DNA of 64,000 nt. Origin: Sedimentisphaerales bacterium (lineage in GTDB: Bacteria; Planctomycetota; Phycisphaerae; Sedimentisphaerales; SM23-30). Under the pieces are notes generated by a model. The model made no database searches and was not told where the DNA came from. It saw nothing but the letters and a program-made list of their open reading frames with translations. Both the position numbers and the translations under genes were made by a program. The stretch is taken from the NCBI GenBank assembly GCA_963666285.1, contig OY762711.1, one strand, 5' to 3'. Positions 43,023 through 53,823 of this stretch are shown here, piece by piece (position 1 is the stretch's first letter; the number at the start of each line of letters is the position of its first letter).

Positions 43023-43275
43023 TTGTCAAAGAACTTCGCTTTATTGCGAGCCGTAAATTTTAACAGCTCTTATTTTCTTTGTCAAGAACCTTTTTGAAAT
43101 TTTTTATTTTTTTCGTTTCAGGTTTCTCAACTAGCGAGCCTTATATATTAAGGCCACTTCCCTTTCTCGTCAAGTGTTAATTTTATTTTTTTTGAAGTTT
43201 TTTTTAACTCCTAAAGATTAACACTTTTGTTGATCAAGGGATGGAAGATTGTATCGTTAATTTTATAATTGTCAA
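43023..43275 (-). promoter_or_regulatory. Three tandem sigma70-type promoters and a boxA-like element upstream of 23S
   Basis: TTGACA-17-TAAAAT (43085-43057), TTGACG-17-TAATAT (43173-43145), TTGACA-16-TACAAT (43275-43248); boxA-like GTTCTTTGACAA at 43034-43023. Confidence 0.75.
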
Positions 43276-43308
43276 CAATTAAATTTAACTTTTTTTTTCA
43301 ATCTTCAA

Positions 43309-43381
43309 TGGAGACGATCGGGATCGAACCGACGACCTTCTGGATGCAAACCAGACGCTCTCCCAGCTGAGCTACGTCCCC
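43309..43381 (-). tRNA. tRNA-Ala(TGC)
   Basis: GGGGACGTAGCTCAG...TTTGCAT...GGTTCGATCCC...CTCCA; G3:U70 pair; CCA not encoded. Confidence 0.97.
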
Positions 43382-43596
43382 TTGAATCGCTGACACTTCA
43401 CCACTGTGACATGCAGCTCTTTATTTACTTGTTATATTTAGCTCAGCTTGTCTTTTAACCATTTGAATAAAGCTGATACTAATACTATGACAAGGAAGAT
43501 GAAACCCATTGATCTAATTAAGGTTCTCATCGATGCCAATATTGTAATAAGCATTTAGCTTTCTCCGTTTTACGGTTATCTTAAGCCTGCTAAAAA

Positions 43597-43670
43597 TGGG
43601 CCCAGATGGAGTCGAACCATCGACCTCTCCGTTATCAGCGGAACGCTCTAACCAACTGAGCTATGAGCCC
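43597..43670 (-). tRNA. tRNA-Ile(GAT)
   Basis: GGGCTCATAGCTCAG...CTGATAA...GGTTCGACTCC...GGGCCCA cloverleaf. Confidence 0.97.
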
Positions 43671-43726
43671 TGCCCACTTATTTTTTGCTCAGGGCTTTAA
43701 CCCCTCGCGTTGATAAGAGACCGGGA

Positions 43727-43755
43727 ATTATATTACTTATAGCTATTTACGTCAA
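43727..43755 (-). promoter_or_regulatory. Promoter of tRNA-Ile/tRNA-Ala
   Basis: TTGACG-17 bp-TATAAT. Confidence 0.8.
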
Positions 43756-44106
43756 GCAGTAACTTGTATTTTTTTATTAAAAATTAACAGAACAGTAAAC
43801 CATTGTAATCCACAATTCAAATAAACCATTTTACAACAATAACTTATGCTATTATCGGCTTAATATCTTATTAACTCGAACAAATCATCAGAATAATTGG
43901 CAAACACTGCTATTTCCATATTTTAACTCATAAATATTTATAACAGTAATAGTAGATTTAATGATGATTAACAGTACTAATACGATATATCAATATTTTC
44001 TGGTTGCTGGAGATATATATTATGATAAAATTATTATACGATTAACTTAGTTTCATTGAAATAACTTTCCCGGCGGTTCGGAAACTGCAAAAACATACGG
44101 GCAAAC

Positions 44107-45822
44107 ATGGAAGATTTTAAGACATATTTATTAAACCAGAATGTTTTCCAACCATCTGAGTTGGACAATATCCCTGATAATTTACAGGAGCCTTTACACT
44201 ATTGGCTCCTAGGGCAATTTCCTTCCAGGGAAATAGACATCTGGATATGTCTTTCGGAATTCCTGCACACTAAGTTAATATCACCCGATTCTGTCGAGTA
44301 TTCACCAAATCTCAAACTGTTATTGCCGGCAAAGTTAGCTCATAACCTCACAGTCGCTCCTATCGAAATTACGGGGAATACCGTGAAACTTGTTATGGCA
44401 GACCCAGGACAGCTTGATAAATGCGATGAAATTGGCCTGATGCTCAACCTGGACAGCCTATCCGACACTTCGTCAGCAAACCTGGAAGTTATTGGACAAC
44501 TGGCCAGTCCCAGCGATGTCAGGGAGATAATTAAAAGAGTATATGGGCTCGGTGCTGAAACCGTTGAAAATGTAATTATCGAAAATGAATATTCTCTTTC
44601 TGAGTCCGAGACGGCAGATATTTCTCAAGCGATCCATGTTGATATTAACAGCGAAGGCTATCATGATGCCGCAATAATAAGATTTGTTAATCAGCTAATT
44701 TTGGAAGCCATTAAGTGCAATGCCTCTGATATTCATCTGGAACCTTATGAAACAAGCTTCCAGGTACGATATAGAATTGACGGAATGCTGCATACAGAGC
44801 CTGTTCCTTCCAATATTAAAAATCTTGAATCAGCTATAATATCAAGAATTAAAATAATGGCTAATCTGGATATCGCTGAAAAACGTCTTCCGCAAGATGG
44901 ACAAATTAGAATTCAGGCCCTAGGACGCCCTATCGATGTCAGGGTATCTGCTATCCCAACTATGTTTGGCCAGGGGCTGGTATTAAGACTTCTGGATAGA
45001 GAAACTGCTTTTATCAAGTTCGATAATCTCGGCATGTCAGAAAGACATATGAGCATGTTTAAGAATGCAGTATCTATCTCCCATGGCGTTGTCCTGCTCA
45101 CAGGCCCTACCGGAAGCGGTAAAACTACTACATTATATTCGCTGCTCAATGAAATCAATAGAGATAACAGCAAAGTTATTACTGTTGAAGATCCAATTGA
45201 ATATCAACTGGAAAATGTTTCGCAAATCCAGGTTAAACCGGAAATTGGACTTACCTTTACACATTCATTGCGAAGCATACTCAGGCATGACCCTGATATC
45301 ATAATGATTGGTGAAATCCGGGATACAGACACTGCCAGGATCGCAATTTCATCTGCAATGACCGGACATCTCGTGCTGAGCACCCTGCATACTAATGATG
45401 CTACTTCTTCATCTATCAGGCTGATGGAAATGGGAATCGAACCATATCTGGTGGCTTCTGCCCTCGAACTGGTGGCTGCCCAAAGACTTGTCCGACTATT
45501 ATGCCCAAGATGTAAAATTGCCGTTTTAGATAAAAATAAAATACCTGATGATATTCGAGGAAGGCTAACTCCGGGCAAAATATTTGAACCTGTCGGTTGC
45601 AATGATTGTCGCCATACCGGATACAAAGGACGTTCGGCTATAATAGAAATGTTTGAACTAAATGAAGAAATTCGCAATATGATTATAGAAAAGGCGAATG
45701 CTTCTTCTATTAGAAATAAAGCCGTTGAAAAAGGAATGGAAACTTTATACGAAAACGGATTAGAAAAAATTAACCAGGGAATTACCTCACTGGCTGAAGT
45801 ATATCGTGTAGCTGGAAAATAG
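44107..45822 (+). CDS. GspE/PilB-family secretion ATPase
   Basis: ASDIHLEP, EKRLPQDG, GPTGSGKTTT, LRHDPD, GHLVLSTLHTN, CxxC...CxxC. Confidence 0.95.
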   Translation: MEDFKTYLLNQNVFQPSELDNIPDNLQEPLHYWLLGQFPSREIDIWICLSEFLHTKLISPDSVEYSPNLKLLLPAKLAHNLTVAPIEITGNTVKLVMADPGQLDKCDEIGLMLNLDSLSDTSSANLEVIGQLASPSDVREIIKRVYGLGAETVENVIIENEYSLSESETADISQAIHVDINSEGYHDAAIIRFVNQLILEAIKCNASDIHLEPYETSFQVRYRIDGMLHTEPVPSNIKNLESAIISRIKIMANLDIAEKRLPQDGQIRIQALGRPIDVRVSAIPTMFGQGLVLRLLDRETAFIKFDNLGMSERHMSMFKNAVSISHGVVLLTGPTGSGKTTTLYSLLNEINRDNSKVITVEDPIEYQLENVSQIQVKPEIGLTFTHSLRSILRHDPDIIMIGEIRDTDTARIAISSAMTGHLVLSTLHTNDATSSSIRLMEMGIEPYLVASALELVAAQRLVRLLCPRCKIAVLDKNKIPDDIRGRLTPGKIFEPVGCNDCRHTGYKGRSAIIEMFELNEEIRNMIIEKANASSIRNKAVEKGMETLYENGLEKINQGITSLAEVYRVAGK

Positions 45823-45865
45823 CTTATCAGTAAATATAAGTAATAATAATCTTCAAACCTATTTT

Positions 45866-47359
45866 TTGTTAAATCTTATGCTCGGAATAGATATTGGCAA
45901 CAACCAAATAAATATACTCAACCTGAAACGCAAACGCGGTAAATGGACCGTTACTGGTTCCGCCGTAATATCTTATGGCAAAGATCAGCAGGTTGAATCG
46001 ATAGGAAAAAAACTGCTAAATATAATTGGAAAGCAAGGTTGGAATAAAAGAGACGCTGTGATATCTATTGCTAACAAGCCTTGCTTTGTTAAAAGACTTG
46101 AGGTTAATGAAGTTCACACCGGTACTCTTTCGCGTGCTGAAATCGATAACCTTATCAGCAAAGCCAAAAACTCACTTGTTGCCTCTGCTGAAAATATGGT
46201 CTTCGATATTTGGCAGCCTAGACTTTCTCATATCGGCAATCGTTTTGCCCTTATCGGTGCTGCCCAAAAAAGCTCGATATTATTTGCTCGACAACTTGCC
46301 GACTACTGCGGCTTAAAGCTAAAATCTATCGAACTCAGGCCTGTAGCAATATTAAACGGATTAATGAATTGCTGGAACAATGCCGAAGAACAAAATATAG
46401 CAGTAATTTATAAGGATATCTCTCGTTTTGTAGTAGCCATATTTGACAACCTTGGACTTGTTTCTATACAAACCACTCCTATAGGATCAGGTGATGCAAA
46501 TGACGATGCTAACCAAATATTAAGAATATTTAATACTATAAAACTTAAAAGTGACAGTTCTTTACCAAACAGAATATTTCTTTCGGGCATATCTAATACT
46601 GAATTCTCTAAATGGGAAAATGATCTGGGTGCTATTATTGCTCACAATACTTCAATGGAAGTAACTACCTGTGACACTGATCTGGATATTGCCTGGCAGG
46701 CAGATAATTCCGATCATGCACCTGATTTTGCTGGGGCTTTGGGGGCTGCATTTGATGGCGTAGGTGCCAGTCCTGTATCTTTCGATTTTCTACATATAAA
46801 AGAAAAAAAAACGCAGGATAATAAAAACAATAGTCATACTACTCTTCTGATTGCTATCATTTTATTATCGATGCTTGCTTTGATTTTATGGATCAGTATT
46901 GTTGGCCAGAGAAAATCTACTATTAGAAGGCTTGAAAAAGATGTAGCTAATTCGGAACCCTTAAAAACACAAGTTTATGATGCACAGTCTCATTGGGTGA
47001 GTTGTATGAAATATATTCATGAGGCCAAAGGAGGTTCCAGACTGGAATATCTCAAGGTGCTTTATGAAATTTCCAGACGTATGCCTGAAACAGATAAAGC
47101 ATATCTTACAAACCTTTCAGTATACACAGACAAAAATGAAAATGGATATAATGTTAAACTTACGGTAAAGGCCACTGAAGCAACTTTAATTACTGAATTG
47201 ATTGAAAGCTTGAATAAATCCGATAAGTTCAAAGATATCAAGCAGGACGGTGCTAGAACACATGACGAAACGGATACATTCTATCCAATCAGCTTTTCTG
47301 TTACATTTAATCTGAACAGACCTCCTGCCATAAAACCTTATCCGAAAGGAGCAGAGTAG
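45866..47359 (+). CDS. PilM/GspL-like actin-fold protein with TM and PilN-like C-terminal region
   Basis: LGIDIG start, IFLSG, ALGAA, then one TM, coiled coil and C-terminal domain; follows the ATPase. Confidence 0.65.
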   Translation: MLNLMLGIDIGNNQINILNLKRKRGKWTVTGSAVISYGKDQQVESIGKKLLNIIGKQGWNKRDAVISIANKPCFVKRLEVNEVHTGTLSRAEIDNLISKAKNSLVASAENMVFDIWQPRLSHIGNRFALIGAAQKSSILFARQLADYCGLKLKSIELRPVAILNGLMNCWNNAEEQNIAVIYKDISRFVVAIFDNLGLVSIQTTPIGSGDANDDANQILRIFNTIKLKSDSSLPNRIFLSGISNTEFSKWENDLGAIIAHNTSMEVTTCDTDLDIAWQADNSDHAPDFAGALGAAFDGVGASPVSFDFLHIKEKKTQDNKNNSHTTLLIAIILLSMLALILWISIVGQRKSTIRRLEKDVANSEPLKTQVYDAQSHWVSCMKYIHEAKGGSRLEYLKVLYEISRRMPETDKAYLTNLSVYTDKNENGYNVKLTVKATEATLITELIESLNKSDKFKDIKQDGARTHDETDTFYPISFSVTFNLNRPPAIKPYPKGAE

Positions 47360-47362
47360 ATA

Positions 47363-47962
47363 ATGGCACTCAAAAAGCGTAATATTCTTATTCTGCCAAT
47401 TATAATCATCATAGCTTTTGTTGGTTACTTTACTTACAAAAAATGTACCGAATACCTTGAAAAACTGGAACATGAAATAAATCAGAAAAGCCTTGAATAC
47501 AGCCTGATCAAACAGGAAATAGATGATAATAAGGTGTATGAAGAAAAATGGGACAGCATAAAATCATTTATGAACGAACTACCTGGCGATCGAATGAACA
47601 ACTATGGAGATTTTCTGATCAATCTGGAAACTGAACGTAATTTTGATCTTCAGTCTACACCCGAAGAAGTTCCAATTCCGGCTAATGAAGAAATGCAGGA
47701 AATTGTTTTTAAGCTGCAGTTTACTTCTACAATTACAGACCTGGCTGAATTCCTGGGCAGACTTGACAGCGAACAGAATAAACTTCTACAAATTAAAAGT
47801 ATGACTGTAAACTACCACGGTAAATCATTCAGACCAGGTTACTCCACTATTGATAAAAATGAAGACAAAGAACTGGTTGTTGATCTTGTTTTAGCTACCC
47901 CAGCCAAAGCTGTAGAAAGTGAAGAAAACGACATAAAATATGGCGGAACTTTACTGCCTTAG
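47363..47962 (+). CDS. PilO/GspM-like bitopic protein
   Basis: N-terminal TM, coiled coil, LAEFLGRLD...LLQIKSM; operon context. Confidence 0.55.
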   Translation: MALKKRNILILPIIIIIAFVGYFTYKKCTEYLEKLEHEINQKSLEYSLIKQEIDDNKVYEEKWDSIKSFMNELPGDRMNNYGDFLINLETERNFDLQSTPEEVPIPANEEMQEIVFKLQFTSTITDLAEFLGRLDSEQNKLLQIKSMTVNYHGKSFRPGYSTIDKNEDKELVVDLVLATPAKAVESEENDIKYGGTLLP

Positions 47963-48009
47963 TTAATCAATAAAAAAGAGATAGAAGCACATAACATGCC
48001 ATACATGAT

Positions 48010-49815
48010 ATGGTATATAACATTAATATGAAATATTACATGACCCGCAAGAAAAAAAATTCTGCTACTATTTGGAAAATTAGAGAAGCATGGAGTGAAA
48101 GAGACAAGCTGGCCGGATCGGTGGGAGTACCCTCATTCATTGCTCAGTTGCTTTATAACCGCGGCATAAGCGACCCTGACAGCGCTAGAGATTTTCTCAC
48201 TCCAAAACTTAGCCAGCTTCATGAACCGGAGTCGATGAAAGGTATAAAGCCTTCTGTTGCTAGAATCAGGGAAGCTCTCGAAAAAGATGAAAAGATTGTT
48301 ATTTATGGCGATTATGATGTTGACGGTACAACCGGAACTGCCATCCTCTGGCATTGCCTTAAATTATGCGGTAAAGAAGTAGATTTTTATGTCCCTCATA
48401 GAATTGATGAAGGATACGGACTGCATTCAGACGCAGTAAGACAACTTGCAGAAGAAGGCTGCACTCTGCTTATAACCGTAGATTGTGCTATTACAGCAGT
48501 GGAACAGGTTGAACTGGCTAATACTCTGGGAATGGATGTTATTATAACAGACCATCACACCCCGCCGGAAATTCTACCTCCTGCTCTGGCTATTGTTCAC
48601 CCTAATCTTCCTGATGAATATTATCCTAACCCACATCTTTGCGGTTCAGGAGTAGCTTTCAAGCTTAGTTGGGCTATTGCAAAAACCTTTTCTGGCGGTT
48701 CAAAAGTAAAACCGGAATTTAGAGAGTTTTTATTAGCTGCTACATCACTTGCAGCACTTGGTACTATTGGTGATGTCGTCCCCCTGGTTGGCGAAAACCG
48801 TGTACTGGCATTATGGGGTATCAATGGCCTGATGAATAGTAAAAATTTAGGTATTAAAGCCCTCATGGAAAAAGCCGGCCTCAAGGATGCCCTTACCAGC
48901 AGAGATGTTGCCTTCATGCTCGCTCCCCGACTTAATGCTGCCGGCCGACTAGGACATGCCAGGCTGGCAATAGAACTTTTCACAACTGAAAGTCAGATGA
49001 AAGCTGAACAAATTGCCAGCTACTTGGACCAGCAAAATAAAAATCGCCAGAAAATTGAAAAAGAGATTACCGACCAGGCATGCAAAAAAATTAAAGCTGC
49101 CGGATGGGATAAAAATGATTGGAAAGTTATTGTCATTGAAGATGAAAACTGGCATTCCGGCGTTGTAGGAATTGTTGCTGGAAGGCTTTTGGATAAGTTT
49201 AGCAAACCAACAATAGTACTTACCGCCACCGAAAATGGCTGGTATCACGGTTCTGCTCGCAGCATTGACGGGTTTAATATTTATGATGCTCTTAATGCCT
49301 GTTCTGAGCACCTGATCGATTTTGGAGGCCATTCCAAGGCTGCTGGCATGAAAGTTTCATTAGATAAAATTAATGACTTCAGAAATGCATTAAATCAGTA
49401 CGCACAGGATCACCTGGATGAAGATGATATCAAAATGGTGATAAATATTGATACCGAAACGAAGCTGCACGAATTGACTATGAATGCAGTTAAATCTATA
49501 AGCAACCTGGAGCCAATTGGTGAAGGTAACCCGCCTGTAACCCTTGCCGCCAAGGGACTGGAACTTGTTGAGCCTCCTCGTAAAATGGGTAAAGCAGGAA
49601 ACCACTTATCACTTATGGTTAGAGACCCAGAAAAAAGCAACCTGATTATGCGAGCGGTTGCATTCAGTATGGCAGATATGGAAAAAATACTCACTGATGC
49701 TCAGACTATTGATATTGCTTTCAGTCCGAAAGTTAACCATTTTAATGGCAATTCAACTGTTGAAATGATGGTCACCGATATTAAAGTTTCTTCTGAAAAT
49801 AGTGTTCTTGAGTAA
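48010..49815 (+). CDS. recJ: ssDNA exonuclease RecJ (start may be 48028 or 48040)
   Basis: YGDYDVDG, ITVDC, TDHH, DVVPL, PRLNAAGR, GSARS, FGGH. Confidence 0.96.
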   Translation: MVYNINMKYYMTRKKKNSATIWKIREAWSERDKLAGSVGVPSFIAQLLYNRGISDPDSARDFLTPKLSQLHEPESMKGIKPSVARIREALEKDEKIVIYGDYDVDGTTGTAILWHCLKLCGKEVDFYVPHRIDEGYGLHSDAVRQLAEEGCTLLITVDCAITAVEQVELANTLGMDVIITDHHTPPEILPPALAIVHPNLPDEYYPNPHLCGSGVAFKLSWAIAKTFSGGSKVKPEFREFLLAATSLAALGTIGDVVPLVGENRVLALWGINGLMNSKNLGIKALMEKAGLKDALTSRDVAFMLAPRLNAAGRLGHARLAIELFTTESQMKAEQIASYLDQQNKNRQKIEKEITDQACKKIKAAGWDKNDWKVIVIEDENWHSGVVGIVAGRLLDKFSKPTIVLTATENGWYHGSARSIDGFNIYDALNACSEHLIDFGGHSKAAGMKVSLDKINDFRNALNQYAQDHLDEDDIKMVINIDTETKLHELTMNAVKSISNLEPIGEGNPPVTLAAKGLELVEPPRKMGKAGNHLSLMVRDPEKSNLIMRAVAFSMADMEKILTDAQTIDIAFSPKVNHFNGNSTVEMMVTDIKVSSENSVLE

Positions 49816-49834
49816 ATGCTATCTTTTACCTTAA

Positions 49835-49970
49835 CATCTTAAAATGACTGGCTTTACAGTCTAATTTGCTGTAACAGATTATATTACAATTCGTTACAGT
49901 AATAAATTGTTTGCACTGCAACATTCCTTGTAAATACCTCGCAAACTGACCATCGGTCAGTTTAGTTAAC
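49835..49970. repeat. Dispersed structured repeat, copy 1
   Basis: 49838-49904 matches 63692-63758 at 53/67 ungapped positions; further shared blocks ctgcnncattccttg and aatacctc...hairpin. Confidence 0.8.
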
Positions 49971-50077
49971 ATGTAAATGAAAAAGACCTCTATCAAACTG
50001 CGATAGAAGCCTTTTTATTCATTTCATTCTCTTTTCAACAGTAATATTATATCACTGCATTTCCTTTATCCATTATA

Positions 50078-50944
50078 TTAGCGTCTGCGACGAAGCAGAA
50101 GACCGCCTAGAGTCAATAGACCAACTGTTGCTGGTTCTGGAACTGCTATCAGTTCTTCTGGAGCAAGAACTGTATCACTGATACGAATATTGTCCATATA
50201 ACCATTGATATGATCAACAAAACCACCGTTATACCAGCCGCGACCAAATGTCCATGTATAATTTGTGAATGCTAAAGCATTATCTGCAATTGACTGACCA
50301 TTTCCTTCTAGAGAATCTTCAGAAATATCTAAAGAACCAACTACCTGGTAACCTGAACCATCATCAATCAGCATTGTTACAGTTTCGCCATCACTCTGAA
50401 CAGCCAGACCATACCAATAGTTAGCTTGTAGAGTATAATCTCCATCTAATACCCAGCGTTGACCGCCAACAGTATCAAAATTCAGACGGAATTTATTATC
50501 AATACCATTATTCTGCAGATAAAAATCTGCTTCAGCTTCACCCTGGCTTGAACCATCTCGACCTATTATTGTTTTCCAACCATTAAGTTCTTTAAGAGAA
50601 ACTGAACATTCAATTGTCCATGTTGAAGATGACCATGTAGTCAAGGCTTCATCAGTGCAATAACCATCCTGGTGACTGTCAGCATTTCTCATTCCAACTG
50701 AAGAACCCGGCAACTCGGTATTACTTACAAAAGATGGACCATAATAATCACTCCAACCTCTCATTAGATACCCGCCAACAGAATCTACTGTTCCGCCAGA
50801 GCCATCAGCTTCACCTGCTGCTGAATCTGTAAATGGTTCACCTGCGACACCGTCTTCAAAATCCCAATATGCAATCGTAGCACCAAAAGTAGATACACTC
50901 ATCAATGCCAGGAACACAAAACATAGTTTAACCAACTTACTCAT
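50078..50944 (-). CDS. PEP-CTERM protein with LamG/concanavalin-like domain
   Basis: Signal peptide; AYWDFE, WTIEC, GYMDNIRISD; C-terminal VPEPATVGLLTLGGLLLRRRR. Confidence 0.9.
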   Translation of the reverse strand: MSKLVKLCFVFLALMSVSTFGATIAYWDFEDGVAGEPFTDSAAGEADGSGGTVDSVGGYLMRGWSDYYGPSFVSNTELPGSSVGMRNADSHQDGYCTDEALTTWSSSTWTIECSVSLKELNGWKTIIGRDGSSQGEAEADFYLQNNGIDNKFRLNFDTVGGQRWVLDGDYTLQANYWYGLAVQSDGETVTMLIDDGSGYQVVGSLDISEDSLEGNGQSIADNALAFTNYTWTFGRGWYNGGFVDHINGYMDNIRISDTVLAPEELIAVPEPATVGLLTLGGLLLRRRR

Positions 50945-51516
50945 CGTATCGATCCTCCAAAGAAATCACATTTTCTCTTGTAATAATCCTAACGTTAATT
51001 ATTACATTCTCATTATTAAAGAATTTCCATATATGTGGAAATTCACAAAACACAAAAAACATAATTTTGTATGTATACTTATTAATGATTAGTAACAATT
51101 CAAAAATGAATTGCATTTAAATATAAATAAGTCAAAAAGATTTCCTTTGCATGACTTTTATCTAAGGACAAGAATTAGTCCCTTTAAGATATATAATTAT
51201 TATATCATAGAGTTTTTCTCAGGTCAAGAATTTTGTCAAAAACAGCATCATATTCGCATTTTTCCACAAGTTATGAATTTTAATAATCTTACATAATAAT
51301 ATTTAAGTTCAAAATAAACGATATTATTAACTATATTGTACAAAGTAATTATTTATGCACATATTATTCAAATATGCGCATAGATTTATAAAAACTGAAT
51401 TTAATTGAAAAATGCGTCAAAATGGGCAATTGATAACGATTAACGAGATATGATAATAGTTAAAATTGTATTGAAATCATTTTGTCTGGCCAATGACTAG
51501 CCAGATTAAGGTTGCC

Positions 51517-52320
51517 TTATTCTCTTCCAGCTGGAAACGCCACCGAAAAGATTGTTCCTTTGCCTAACTCACTCTCAACAGATATATTTCCTTTGTGTGT
51601 CTCTACTATCTGTTTACAAACCATTAGCCCAAGGCCTGTTCCTATTCTATCCTGACTTTTGCCGCCCTTTTTTGTCGTAAAAAACGGCTCAAATATTTTA
51701 TGCAAAATATCTTCAGGTATGCCATGTCCGGTATCCTCAACAGCTATCTCCACCATACAATCCTCAACTCTTTTAGCTGATACCTTTAAAACTCCCTTCC
51801 TGTCATCAATCATTGCCTGCCGAGCATTAATTATCAAATTCAGTATCACCTGTTGGAGCTGACTATGGATTGCATAAACATCAATATCCTCTGGGACATC
51901 TATTATTACTTTTATCCCGTCTTTTTCAAAATCTCTCGCCAGGCATCGAAATGATTCCCGTACGACATTATAAAGATTAACATCGTGAAATTCCTGGCTT
52001 TCTGCCCGAGTCATCCCCAGAATGCTTTCTATGATATGCCCTGCTTGCGTGCCCTGTTTAACGGTCTTTTCTAAGGTCTTTTTTATCAATTTTTTGTCAT
52101 CTGGATGTTTTAATGCCAACTCGGCATAATTAATAATAGGCATCAAAAGATTATTAAACTCATGTGCAACCAGACAGCTCATTGTACCCATTGTTGCCAA
52201 TTTTTGAGCAAATATCAACTGTTCCTCAAGATCCTTAATCTTCTGCTCGCTATCTTCCAGTTGGCGATAGATATTTTTACGCTGATTTAAGAATTCTGTT
52301 TTTTCTTCCAAATGTTCCAA
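51517..52320 (-). CDS. Cytoplasmic histidine kinase (HisKA + HATPase, no sensor domain)
   Basis: AHEFNN, NLIINA, DTGHGI, FEPFFTTK, GTGLGL. Confidence 0.92.
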   Translation of the reverse strand: MEHLEEKTEFLNQRKNIYRQLEDSEQKIKDLEEQLIFAQKLATMGTMSCLVAHEFNNLLMPIINYAELALKHPDDKKLIKKTLEKTVKQGTQAGHIIESILGMTRAESQEFHDVNLYNVVRESFRCLARDFEKDGIKVIIDVPEDIDVYAIHSQLQQVILNLIINARQAMIDDRKGVLKVSAKRVEDCMVEIAVEDTGHGIPEDILHKIFEPFFTTKKGGKSQDRIGTGLGLMVCKQIVETHKGNISVESELGKGTIFSVAFPAGRE

Positions 52321-52525
52321 TTTAACTATTGCGACCCTGTAAAAATGAGTTAAAATAATTATAGGACCTGTATATCGTTCTAATATCCAGGTTTCTATTT
52401 AATCGGAACAATGGGGCTGTTTTCTTGAGATTTACCCAAATAGAAACCCGTACTTTTATTTTTTCTGATATAGCCTTATATTACAGATACTTACCATTAT
52501 TACGTTTGGGGGAATATCGAACTTT

Positions 52526-52783
52526 ATGAATGAGTATCAAATTTTGGAAAGCTTGCTGGCTGTAGCCGAAGAACTTGGTATCGAAGTCCGAAAGGAACAA
52601 ATCGATGGAGTTTCTGGAGGTGGTCTATGCAAACTTAAGAATAGGCTGGTTTTAATTATTGATCGAACTTCACCATTAACTGAACAAATCAACGCTGCTG
52701 CCGCTTCTCTTAAGGACCGACCGGAACTCGAATGTATATATCTCAGACCTCAGGTTAGAGACGCAATAGAAAGTACTGTATAA
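52526..52783 (+). CDS. Small hypothetical protein
   Basis: 85-aa ORF with SD-like GGGGGA; LGIEVR...GGLC pattern. Confidence 0.65.
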   Translation: MNEYQILESLLAVAEELGIEVRKEQIDGVSGGGLCKLKNRLVLIIDRTSPLTEQINAAAASLKDRPELECIYLRPQVRDAIESTV

Positions 52784-52797
52784 ACAGAATTTCCTTA

Positions 52798-53823
52798 TCA
52801 GGTATATCTCTTAGGAGGCCTTGTTATATTATTAAGTACTGGTACTACCAGGCCGACAAGTAATACTCCATATAATTCTGCAAAAAATACTGGCAGATAC
52901 AACCGAAAAAGAATAGCAAAAGATCCTGCCAAATATGCCGCCCAAACCTGTCCCCTAACTGTTATTGGCCGAGACGTTGTATCTAAAAACAAAACCATTG
53001 CTGAAAAAAATACATACCCTGTAAAGATTTGATAAATTATATAAGCAGTTATAACATCACCTGATAGACCGCTGGCTAGAATACTGTGATACCCATCGGA
53101 ACTCTTTATAGGCAGCAATACAATTGCCATAATAACAGCAAAAATATAAGTTGCAGGAACACGCCAGTTTAAATATCCTCGGTATATACAGTATACTCCA
53201 AATATTGAAAATATTGCCGGACTTGCGGCAATTACCGGCATATCACAACCCAGCAAACAATCCACAATTGTAGGCAATCTGTTAATAAAGATATCCTCAA
53301 TATTTAATTTCCCATCAATCATCACCAGCTTTGACAACTCAAATGAATTCATTGTCATCGCAGTTCCTGTCTGCTGCTCATACTGTCCAAAAATATTCTC
53401 CAAAATACCCCTGTCAAATAACTCGAGTATGGCAACAGAAAGCAAAACCGGATGCAGCCAATATCTTCCCATACCCTTGAAAAAGTGTTTGTATAAAACC
53501 GCAAAAGCCGTTACTAAGAGAATTATTGGCCAACCAAGCTCTGCCGGAAGAATGTAACAGGCAACCATTGCTAAAAATAGCGTATGAGCCGTCGAACCGC
53601 GATAACCGCCGCAACGGCAAAAAATAATTGTTTTTTCAAGTATAAAAGCAAATACAACCGGTATAATACACGTCATTATTGACAATTTATTACATATTAA
53701 ATTTACTCCAATACCTGATAATACAATCAAAAACAACTGAACGTATAACATCATTCGTGACGTTTCCGCTACCGGTCTAAACGGACTGCAATGGCATAAA
53801 TGAGTTCTTCTACTACTTTCCAT
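52798..53823 (-). CDS. Divergent RnfD/NqrB-family membrane protein
   Basis: SP..., LP...W, KHFFKGMG, WRVP, D..SRPIT..G, FR, TRP spacing typical of RnfD; no (S/T)GAT/ATPL FMN-attachment site. Confidence 0.75.
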   Translation of the reverse strand: MESSRRTHLCHCSPFRPVAETSRMMLYVQLFLIVLSGIGVNLICNKLSIMTCIIPVVFAFILEKTIIFCRCGGYRGSTAHTLFLAMVACYILPAELGWPIILLVTAFAVLYKHFFKGMGRYWLHPVLLSVAILELFDRGILENIFGQYEQQTGTAMTMNSFELSKLVMIDGKLNIEDIFINRLPTIVDCLLGCDMPVIAASPAIFSIFGVYCIYRGYLNWRVPATYIFAVIMAIVLLPIKSSDGYHSILASGLSGDVITAYIIYQIFTGYVFFSAMVLFLDTTSRPITVRGQVWAAYLAGSFAILFRLYLPVFFAELYGVLLVGLVVPVLNNITRPPKRYT

